Shown: piece after piece, positions 46,568-54,235 of the stretch | How positions within the stretch are numbered: the first letter of the stretch is position 1 | Layout: each line of letters begins with the position of its first letter | The notes under the pieces: model-generated | Database searches by the model: none | The model's input: the letters and a program-made list of their open reading frames with translations, nothing else | What the model was told of the DNA's origin: nothing | Origin: Zhongshania aliphaticivorans | Lineage (GTDB): Bacteria > Verrucomicrobiota > Verrucomicrobiia > Opitutales > Coraliomargaritaceae | Reading direction: 5' to 3' | Length of the DNA: 54,235 nucleotides | Assembly (NCBI GenBank): GCA_051276975.1 | Contig: JBNMPR010000001.1 | Span: 1 to 54,235 of the forward strand | Made by a program: the position numbers and the translations under genes

Positions 46568-47335
46568 ATGAAGAAGATCCGTTCCGACGAAGAAATCCAA
46601 TCGATTCGCGAAGCGTGCCAAATCGCGGCAACTGTTCTGAAGGAACTGGTTGATACTGTCTGTGAAGGAATGACAACTTATGACCTCGATCAACTAGGTC
46701 GAAAAGCCATAGAATCTCTCGGAGCTGAGAGTGCTTGTTACAATTACCGTTCAGGGGACAGGATCTTTCCCGCATATACATGTATTTCTGTAAACGATGA
46801 AATTGTTCATGGCATCGGTAGCATGCGCCGCGTAATTCAAGGTGGCGATGTCGTTTCAATTGACGTAGTCGTGCGGTACCGTGGATATATCGGAGATAAT
46901 GCTCATACCGTCTTGATCCCACCAGTTGTCGAAGAAAATCAGGCGCTCATAAAAGCGACACAAGAGGCATTGCACTATGCGGTCAGTTTTGCGCGGGAAG
47001 GCAACCGAGTTGGAGACATCTCCAACGCAGTTCAGCGTTTTATCAAACGACACAATTATGGCATCGTTCGCGAATTTGTCGGTCATGCTGTTGGAACTTC
47101 CATGCATGAGAAGCCGGAGATACCGAATTACGGACGCCGTGGAAGTGGAGCACTGCTCAAGCCAGGTATGACGCTAGCGATCGAGCCAATGATCAACCTC
47201 GGTGGTCCGGAAATCAAAATGCTGGATGATGGTTGGACTGCCGTTACACTCGATGGAAAACCATCCGCTCATTTCGAACATACAGTGCTTATAACTGGGG
47301 CTGAACCAGAAATCTTAACAATTTCAAAAAAATAA
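46568..47335 (+). CDS. map: Methionine aminopeptidase type I
   Basis: CISVNDEIVHG, SIDV..GD, GHAVG..MHE, LAIEPM, SAHFEHT. Confidence 0.98.
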   Translation: MKKIRSDEEIQSIREACQIAATVLKELVDTVCEGMTTYDLDQLGRKAIESLGAESACYNYRSGDRIFPAYTCISVNDEIVHGIGSMRRVIQGGDVVSIDVVVRYRGYIGDNAHTVLIPPVVEENQALIKATQEALHYAVSFAREGNRVGDISNAVQRFIKRHNYGIVREFVGHAVGTSMHEKPEIPNYGRRGSGALLKPGMTLAIEPMINLGGPEIKMLDDGWTAVTLDGKPSAHFEHTVLITGAEPEILTISKK

Positions 47336-47414
47336 CTTTTCAAATCAAAATAAACTGCTACTTTTCACCGCTTTCTCTTATTACAAAGAACCAAATTAGA
47401 ATTTACATTTTATT

Positions 47415-47777
47415 ATGCCACGCATTTTAGGAGTCGACATACCTGCAAACAAGAAGTTGGAATATTCACTTCGCTATATCTACGGCGTGGGTCCCACACG
47501 CGCCAAAACATTGGTCAACGAATCAGGATTTGATCAAGATCGCCGAGCCGGTGATTTAAGTGAGCAAGAGCTCAATCAAATCGCTTCTTTGATTAGCGAG
47601 AAGCAATATATCGTTGAGGGTGATCTTCGACGTGAGCGTACAGCTAACCTCAAACGCCTCATTGCTACACGCAGTTTACGCGGCATTCGCCATTCCAGAA
47701 GCCTTCCAGTGCGAGGTCAACGCACTAAAACAAACGCACGTACACGTAAGGGTTCAGTAAAACCAGTTCGTAAATAA
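47415..47777 (+). CDS. rpsM: 30S ribosomal protein S13
   Basis: IYGVG, EGDLRR, LPVRGQRTKTNARTRKG. Confidence 0.99.
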   Translation: MPRILGVDIPANKKLEYSLRYIYGVGPTRAKTLVNESGFDQDRRAGDLSEQELNQIASLISEKQYIVEGDLRRERTANLKRLIATRSLRGIRHSRSLPVRGQRTKTNARTRKGSVKPVRK

Positions 47778-47801
47778 TTTAAACTTTCAAGGATAGTTAC
47801 T

Positions 47802-48308
47802 ATGAGCGAAGAAGAAGCAAAACCTGAAAAGGACAAAAAAGCAGTTGCCGGAGAGGTCGCTGAAACTGAAGAAGTGCCTGAAAAGAAGCAGGAAACTGCA
47901 GAAGATCTTCTGAAAAGCGATTTGGATGGCGTTAAGATACGTCGTGCCAAAGGCAGTAAGAATATTACGGTCGGCATCGTGAACGTTCTAGCAACTTTCA
48001 ATAACACCAAGATAAATTTTTGTGATCCACGTGGTAATGTGATTTCCTGGTCGAGTGCTGGTAAGTGTAATTTTCGCGGTTCCCGCAAGTCTACTGCATA
48101 TGCTGCTCAGGTAGTTACCCAAGATGCTGGCCGAGTTGCAATGTCACATGGTATGAAGGAAGTGACTGTAAAATTGAATGGCCCCGGTATGGGACGCGAC
48201 TCAGCAGTTCGTGCAATTCAGTCTTTAGGCATGATCGTTACTGATATTATTGATGTAACCCCCGTCCCGCATAACGGATGTCGCCCACCCAAACGTCGTC
48301 GTGTCTAG
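47802..48308 (+). CDS. rpsK: 30S ribosomal protein S11 (acidic N-terminal extension)
   Basis: [33 protein letters not shown]. Confidence 0.99.
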   Translation: MSEEEAKPEKDKKAVAGEVAETEEVPEKKQETAEDLLKSDLDGVKIRRAKGSKNITVGIVNVLATFNNTKINFCDPRGNVISWSSAGKCNFRGSRKSTAYAAQVVTQDAGRVAMSHGMKEVTVKLNGPGMGRDSAVRAIQSLGMIVTDIIDVTPVPHNGCRPPKRRRV

Positions 48309-48367
48309 CGTATATCTGCTGCGCAGGCAATTTTTTATCGAGTTAGCAGAAAAATAGAAAAAATATT

Positions 48368-48976
48368 ATGTCCCGATATACAGGACCCACAACACGCATT
48401 AATCGTCGTTTCGGTCAGGCCATATTTGCGCCTACCAAAGCGTTCGAACGCAAGCCTCACCTTCCCGGTCAGCATGGACCGACTCTCCGCCGTAAACATA
48501 GCGAGTATGCGATTGGGTTGAATGAAAAGCAGAAGCTGCGCTACATGTACGGAGTTACCGAAAAACAATTTCGTCTGACGTTCGAAAGAGCTAAAAATAC
48601 GCGTGGTGTAACCGGCGAAATTTTTCTCCAAATTCTTGAAACGCGTTTAGACAATGTTGTCTATCGTTTAGGGTTTTCCAAATCGCGAGCAGGTGCTCGT
48701 CAACTAGTCTGCCACGGCCATATACGCGTGAACGGTCATAAAACAGACATTTCAAGTTTTATTGTAAAAGAGGGGGATGAGATTGAAGTGCGCGAGCGTA
48801 CTTCCTCACGCCAACTTGCAACCCGCAGCATGGAAGAAAGCCAAGGACGGTCAGTTCCTGAATGGCTGGTACTTAATGCTGATGCACTTAAGGCTACTGT
48901 AAGTCGCCTCCCTTCAACTGATGAGGTTGAGGTTAGCATCAACGTACAACTCATTGTTGAATTCTATAGCCGTTAA
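48368..48976 (+). CDS. rpsD: 30S ribosomal protein S4
   Basis: SRYTGP, EKQKLR, LETRLDNVVYRLG, IVEFYSR. Confidence 0.99.
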   Translation: MSRYTGPTTRINRRFGQAIFAPTKAFERKPHLPGQHGPTLRRKHSEYAIGLNEKQKLRYMYGVTEKQFRLTFERAKNTRGVTGEIFLQILETRLDNVVYRLGFSKSRAGARQLVCHGHIRVNGHKTDISSFIVKEGDEIEVRERTSSRQLATRSMEESQGRSVPEWLVLNADALKATVSRLPSTDEVEVSINVQLIVEFYSR

Positions 48977-49050
48977 CCGGTTATCAACAGTCTTTCTATC
49001 TACCTGGTTTAAAACCCGTCTTATCTCAATTATTTAAATAAAAGCATACT

Positions 49051-50052
49051 ATGCCAAAACGCTTAGGAAAATTTGAACTCCCCAATCGACTTACAAAGAT
49101 TGAGGAAACTGCATCTGATACATTTGCTGTCTTTCAGGCCGAACCTTTTGAAACCGGCTATGGACACACTCTTGGCAACTCGCTTCGTAGAGTGTTACTT
49201 AGTTCCATTGAAGGTGCTGCAATCTCATCGATTAAAATTGATGGTGTGCATCACGAGTTTCAGAGTGTTGAAGGTATCGTTGAAGATGTCACTGATATCG
49301 TACTGAATCTCAAGAAAGTACTCTTTGTTTCAGAGTCGCGTGAAAGTGTGAATCTGATCATTGACGTCAATCGTGAGGGCAAAGTAACTGCAGCTGATAT
49401 TCAATTGGATGCAAATGTATCGGTTGTAAATCCCGACCAGATTATTTGCACGCTTAACAAATCGCAGCGTTTCCTGGCTGAACTTGAAATACGGGTTGGT
49501 CGAGGTTACTGTGTTGGCGAAAAGAACAAAAAACCAGATCAGCCGATAGGTGTGATCCCGGTTGATTCATTGTTTAGCCCGGTAAGACTCGTTAAGTACA
49601 CTGTTGAAAATACACGTGTGGGTCAGGAAATGGACTATGATAAACTGGTCCTTGAGATCACTACAGATGGCCGTATCACTCCGGACGATGCACTGAAGCA
49701 AACTGCTGCGATCATCAAACATCACATGGATGTATTTGACGAAGTGTCCAACGAAGCAATTGAGTTCGAAAACGAGAGTAAAGAGATCAGCGAAGAGCAA
49801 AATCGCTTACGCAAACTACTTAACATGAGTGTTAATGAGATCGAGCTTTCTGTCCGCGCAGCTAACTGCTTGAATAATGCAAATATTACTACAGTAGGTG
49901 AGCTTGCAATGAAGTCGGAGCAGGAAATGCTAAAATATCGCAATTTTGGTAAGAAATCGCTCAATGAAATTAAGGACAAGCTAGAACAACTGGGTCTTTC
50001 CCTCGGCACGAAAATTGACGAGCGTCTACTTGATCAAATCGCTGAATTTTAG
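49051..50052 (+). CDS. rpoA: RNA polymerase alpha subunit
   Basis: EPFETGYGHTLGNSLRRVLLSS, ELSVRAANCL, NFGKKSLNEI. Confidence 0.99.
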   Translation: MPKRLGKFELPNRLTKIEETASDTFAVFQAEPFETGYGHTLGNSLRRVLLSSIEGAAISSIKIDGVHHEFQSVEGIVEDVTDIVLNLKKVLFVSESRESVNLIIDVNREGKVTAADIQLDANVSVVNPDQIICTLNKSQRFLAELEIRVGRGYCVGEKNKKPDQPIGVIPVDSLFSPVRLVKYTVENTRVGQEMDYDKLVLEITTDGRITPDDALKQTAAIIKHHMDVFDEVSNEAIEFENESKEISEEQNRLRKLLNMSVNEIELSVRAANCLNNANITTVGELAMKSEQEMLKYRNFGKKSLNEIKDKLEQLGLSLGTKIDERLLDQIAEF

Positions 50053-50096
50053 AACTGTATCAGATTCTTAAGCACCCACATAAAAATTAACTCAAA

Positions 50097-50768
50097 ATGC
50101 GCCACAGTAAAAGAAGACATAAACTCGGGGTCTCTGGGCCGCACCGCCTTGCTTTATTGGCTAATTTATCCGTTGCATTGATAGTCCACGGACGAATCAA
50201 GACAACCTTGGCCAAAGCCAAGGCACTTCGCCCTTTTGTTGAGAAAGTAATTACTCTGGCAAAAAAGGCGAAAAGTTCCAATGAAGCTGAACGTAAATTG
50301 CACTATCGCCGCCTGGCGATCTCGCGTATAAATAATCCAGATGCAGTTGCTACGCTTTTTGATGAGCGTGCAATAGAGTTCATGGAACGCCCTGGAGGCT
50401 ACACGCGCATTTATAAGATTGGCCAAAGGATTGGAGATGCTGCCGAAATGGCATTGATCGAGTTGATTGATGGTAACGATGAGGGTTACTCTAAGAGACC
50501 TGCTAAAAAAGCTGCGGAAAAATCAGTAAAAAAAGGTGTAGAAAAGGCTGAAAAAGAAAACTCGGCTCCAGAGGTTGATCAACCTGCAGCAGCAACTGTT
50601 GAAGAAGCGACAATTACTGAAGAGGCTGATGTTGAAGCAGAAGCTACAGTTGATAATGCTAAAGAGTTATCCGGTAAAAAATCAGCTTCAGATGCTGAAT
50701 TAACCGCGGACGCGTTAGAAGTTGATGAATCAGATCCATCATCGCCTGAAGATAAGAAAAAAAAATAA
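50097..50768 (+). CDS. rplQ: 50S ribosomal protein L17 with long charged C-terminal tail
   Basis: IKTTLAKAKALR, RPGGYTRI, RIGDAAEMA; ~90-aa low-complexity tail. Confidence 0.98.
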   Translation: MRHSKRRHKLGVSGPHRLALLANLSVALIVHGRIKTTLAKAKALRPFVEKVITLAKKAKSSNEAERKLHYRRLAISRINNPDAVATLFDERAIEFMERPGGYTRIYKIGQRIGDAAEMALIELIDGNDEGYSKRPAKKAAEKSVKKGVEKAEKENSAPEVDQPAAATVEEATITEEADVEAEATVDNAKELSGKKSASDAELTADALEVDESDPSSPEDKKKK

Positions 50769-51078
50769 CTTAGTGTTTTTAATCTGACAGCGTGTTATGG
50801 ATTCATTTGTCGGAACATGGAAAAATTCTCTAACCTGTAGACGTTTTTGTAACTACTGTAAATTCTAGACGGTTCAAAATAAACTGACACACATCGTAAA
50901 ATTATTGAATATAACTCAATAAATGCATCAAGTGATTTTAAGACAGGCAAAAAATATAGATATTTTATATATGTCGCTCAATCATCAGTGCTAATTTTTA
51001 TCTTATGTCGTTTTATCAGTTAACCTTATTTACGTCACCCTTTATAAGGCTAAAGAAAGATGAAAGCTTAACTTTAAT

Positions 51079-53436
51079 ATGGAAGTACTGACGCCACTAG
51101 CAGGATTGGATTGGGCCGTTATAGGTCTATTTTTTTTGATTACCTTAGGTATAGGTCTATACTTTTCGAGGCGGGCTACCGGGAGTATGCTCGAATACTT
51201 CGTGGCTGGGCGCAAGATGACCTGGTGGTTAGCCGGAACTTCGATTGTGGCGACATCTTTTGCTGCGGATACACCTCTAGTGATCTCAGGGTGGATGCGC
51301 ACCATTGGACTGGAGCGTAACTGGTTCTGGTGGGGCGGGATCATGGGTATGATGCTCTGTACCTTCTTTTTTGCCCGGCTCTGGCGGCGTGCTAATATTC
51401 TGACCGACGTTGAATTCAACGAAATGCGTTATGGAGGTGCACCTGCGGCTGGGTTGCGGATTTTTCATGCAACTTATCGCTCGCTGATTCAAAATACGCT
51501 GGTTATGTGTTGGGTGACCTTGGCAATGAGTAAAATCCTCGAGGTGACACTTAATTTGCCGACTATAGTTTTTATCGATGGATCGCTTTTTCCACAGATG
51601 GTGGCGAGTGGCATTGATGTGATGTCTCATTTTGATTCCGAGACGATCGCGAACTGGCCGATTATCGGACAGGCAATTATTGAACCAAAGATTACCGGCA
51701 TTGTCATTTGTCTGTCAGTAGCTGCTCTCTACAGTGCGATTTCAGGACTTTGGGGCGTTATGGTTACCGACTTTTTCCAGTTTTGTCTGGCGATGACAGG
51801 TACCATTATCCTGATGTTTGTTGTTTTGGCAGTGGTTGATGGTCCAAAAAATATGGTGGAACAGGCGCGTGCCGCGATTCTAGAGGGTAGAGTCATCAAC
51901 CATCAACCCATAGATCGAACTCTGATCGATCATAATGAGGATCTCGAAATAGCGGGATTACTAAGTCAAAATGAAACCGGAGATACCTGGGTATGGACGG
52001 CGACAGGTTTATCTGAAGAACAGTTGATAACACGCCTTGTTCAAGCAGATGTGGAGGAAGCCGATAGCGCTCTAGCCCTGTGGCAGAAGAGCTTTACTCT
52101 GAGCAAGGGGAAATTTACCGACTTTGACGAAGTTGAGAAGATGCTGGCTGCTGGAATCCTGATTGAGGATACGGTCAATGGTCAGGTAGCGGAGTATTAC
52201 CGCATTCCAGATGTTACTTTAAGTGAAGAAGTCTTGCTTGAGCAATTAAGCCAGGCGGGGGTTGAGAACAAAGGTGAGGTGATGGCTGCATGGCGAGATG
52301 ATACAGTTGTATCGGCACGAAAAATTACCAGTTTTCTTCCACCTTTTGATTTGAAAGGGGGAGGCTTATTGGCTGTTTGGTCTCTGGTGGTATTCCTGGG
52401 CTTGCAATGGTGGGCTGGAGGAGAAGGTGGCGGGTTTCTCGCTCAACGTCTTTTTTCCTGCAAGAATGAGAAGCATTCGATGATGGCGATGCTGTGGTTT
52501 AACTTTGCCAATTTTGTATTGCGACCCTGGCCCTGGATTGTGGTCGGCGTGGCTTCACTTATTCTGATTCCGGATGTGACGGTGTTTGGCGCTCACTATG
52601 ACCCGGAGCATGCCTACGTCATCATGCTAATGAAGTTTCTGCCAGTGGGCTTAAAGGGCTTGATGGTTGCAGCATTGATGGCGGCCTATATGTCGACTAT
52701 TTCTACTCATGTAAACTTCGGTGCGTCGTATATTGTGAACGACTTGTATTGCCGTTTCATCAATCGCTCAGCAAGCGAGCGGGGCAAGGTAATGGTTTCC
52801 CAAGTGGCTTCCGTTTTTCTGGCGATTCTGGCCGGTGTGGCGGCTTACTACGCAACTAATATCGGCGGATTGTGGCTGACTATGTTTGAGTTGATGTCTG
52901 GTGCAGGATTTGTGATATTGTTGCGCTGGTACTGGTGGCGAATTAGTGCTTGGTCGGAGCTATCTGCCATGGTTTCTACTTTAGGGATGTGGGTGCTTTT
53001 GAACCGAACCGAAGTGTTTCACGGTCTGTTTGAAATGGTTGGCTGGCCGCTCTATCTATTGGATGATTATGCTGTTCGCTTTACCTTTAACATGGTGGTG
53101 ACAACTATCGTCTGGGTTATCGTTACCTTTTTGACTCCTCCTGAAAAAGAAGAAGTGCTGATCAAATTTTACAAACGCATCAAACCGGGAGGCTGGTGGA
53201 AAGACATTCCGAGCAAGTCGGGTAATGCCAATCATTTAGTGATCGGTAAACTAGAGTGGTCTTGTTGGGCTTTGGGTGTGACTGGATTATTTGCCATGAT
53301 CGTTTGCTTGGGTAAACTTTGTTTCGGGCTTTATCTTCAAAGTGCGCTGTTTGGATTTTACGGTTTGATCGCCACGATTGTCTTGTTCAAATTGATTGGC
53401 AAGATGGACTGGTCGGCGATTGAAGCAGACGAGTAA
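51079..53436 (+). CDS. Sodium:solute symporter (SSS) family transporter with large internal insertion
   Basis: YFVAGRKMTWW..GTSIVATSFAADTP, GLWGVMVTD, AQRLFSCKNE, AAYMSTIST, LRWYWWRI. Confidence 0.92.
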   Translation: MEVLTPLAGLDWAVIGLFFLITLGIGLYFSRRATGSMLEYFVAGRKMTWWLAGTSIVATSFAADTPLVISGWMRTIGLERNWFWWGGIMGMMLCTFFFARLWRRANILTDVEFNEMRYGGAPAAGLRIFHATYRSLIQNTLVMCWVTLAMSKILEVTLNLPTIVFIDGSLFPQMVASGIDVMSHFDSETIANWPIIGQAIIEPKITGIVICLSVAALYSAISGLWGVMVTDFFQFCLAMTGTIILMFVVLAVVDGPKNMVEQARAAILEGRVINHQPIDRTLIDHNEDLEIAGLLSQNETGDTWVWTATGLSEEQLITRLVQADVEEADSALALWQKSFTLSKGKFTDFDEVEKMLAAGILIEDTVNGQVAEYYRIPDVTLSEEVLLEQLSQAGVENKGEVMAAWRDDTVVSARKITSFLPPFDLKGGGLLAVWSLVVFLGLQWWAGGEGGGFLAQRLFSCKNEKHSMMAMLWFNFANFVLRPWPWIVVGVASLILIPDVTVFGAHYDPEHAYVIMLMKFLPVGLKGLMVAALMAAYMSTISTHVNFGASYIVNDLYCRFINRSASERGKVMVSQVASVFLAILAGVAAYYATNIGGLWLTMFELMSGAGFVILLRWYWWRISAWSELSAMVSTLGMWVLLNRTEVFHGLFEMVGWPLYLLDDYAVRFTFNMVVTTIVWVIVTFLTPPEKEEVLIKFYKRIKPGGWWKDIPSKSGNANHLVIGKLEWSCWALGVTGLFAMIVCLGKLCFGLYLQSALFGFYGLIATIVLFKLIGKMDWSAIEADE

Positions 53437-53604
53437 TAAGAGACACCAACGTTCCCTGGATCGTTAAGTAAATCTGAAACGCAAACGATCGATTTTTTCG
53501 ATGCGACCTATTGCGGCAGGGAAGCTTGAGCGCAGCAGGTGATTGTTTCAGGTCAGGAAAAGCATTGAACCAGGCAATAGAAAGCTTTTGCTGAGTGAAT
53601 TTCC

Positions 53605-54235
53605 ATGATGTCAGTTCAATTTCGAGTCTTAGCAGGTTTTTTATCAGATATTCGACCGTTGTGGATAGTTCTTCTGATCCTGCTTTCAGGCTGTGGTGAA
53701 AAGGAACAGCCGCGTCCGGTTGGGGTTGTCGCTCCAATACCAGAAGATGCGCTCTTTGAAGAGTTCACGACCGGTGTTTTCGGTGCGCATCTGATCGAAA
53801 CCATATCCGGTGATCTAGCGACGTTGAACCCTTTGATCAACGAGACAATGGCCGGTTCAATGGTGATTGGGCGCATTCTGGACGGACTGACCACGCTTGA
53901 CCCAACGACTGGAGTGGTGATTCCTAACCTAGCAAAATCCTGGGATATATCGGAAGATAATATACGCTATACCTTTCATTTGCGTCGTGGCGTACACTGG
54001 AGCGATGGTCAGCCATTTACTGCCGACGACGTGTTATTTACCTGGAACTGCTTTTTTGCCAGGCAGATTGATCCAGAGACAGGTAAGCTGCTCTTGGATG
54101 AAAACGGCAAGGTCAAATATCGCTATCCTTCACGCTCGACTTTTAGCCACTTAATTAATGGCCAGGAACCTCTAATCGAAAAAGTCGATGCACATACCGT
54201 GCGCTTTATTTTGCCTGAAGTCTACGCGCCGTTCC
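53605..54235 (+). CDS. ABC transporter substrate-binding lipoprotein, family 5 (OppA/DppA-like), partial
   Basis: Open frame from ATG 53605 to window end; lipobox LLSGC; PNLAKSWDISED..YTFHLRRGVHWSDGQPFTADDVLFTW. Confidence 0.9.
   Translation, partial: MMSVQFRVLAGFLSDIRPLWIVLLILLSGCGEKEQPRPVGVVAPIPEDALFEEFTTGVFGAHLIETISGDLATLNPLINETMAGSMVIGRILDGLTTLDPTTGVVIPNLAKSWDISEDNIRYTFHLRRGVHWSDGQPFTADDVLFTWNCFFARQIDPETGKLLLDENGKVKYRYPSRSTFSHLINGQEPLIEKVDAHTVRFILPEVYAPF

Noticed and set aside
44446-47415. Absence of rpmD, adk, infA and rpmJ from the spc/alpha region
   Set aside because: L30 loss is known in PVC bacteria and the other genes are often relocated; nothing can be concluded from one window.
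50769-51078. AT-rich 310-bp spacer after rplQ as possible ncRNA or riboswitch
   Set aside because: No convincing stems or known aptamer motifs seen.

Overview
A 54 kb bacterial chromosomal segment, most likely from Verrucomicrobiota (Opitutales/Coraliomargarita-like). This assignment is inferred from the EF-Tu switch-I variant, the short ATP synthase delta subunit, the Arg-rich RpoB motif and the lack of rpmD. Most of the window is core machinery: tRNA-Thr-tuf-tRNA-Trp-secE-nusG-rplKAJL-rpoBC (2.9-15.7 kb), an F-type ATP synthase operon atpBEFHAGDC (26.7-33.4 kb) and an S10-spc-alpha ribosomal protein superoperon (35.7-50.8 kb). That superoperon starts at rplC with no rpsJ and carries a foreign secreted-protein gene between rpsS and rplV. 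The accessory segment (16-26 kb) holds a lipid-related operon (chalcone-isomerase-like, DUF1295, GPH-type MFS, lipocalin) and a ~4.7 kb mosaic island. In the island an orphan 273-aa gene, a BrnT-type toxin-antitoxin pair, an orphan 131-aa gene and a DUF4143 ATPase are interleaved with repeated end motifs and relics of a REP-associated tyrosine transposase (RAYT), plus IS110 and RND fragments. This cassette-like island is the best candidate for an undescribed system. Other oddities are an L10-leader-like RNA between rplJ and rplL, an ATP synthase c subunit lacking the glycine stripe, SecY with an extra C-terminal TM helix, a ParE pseudogene upstream of rplC and a Na+/solute symporter with a duplicated 70-aa insert. 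All assignments come from reading motifs by eye; no database searches were run.
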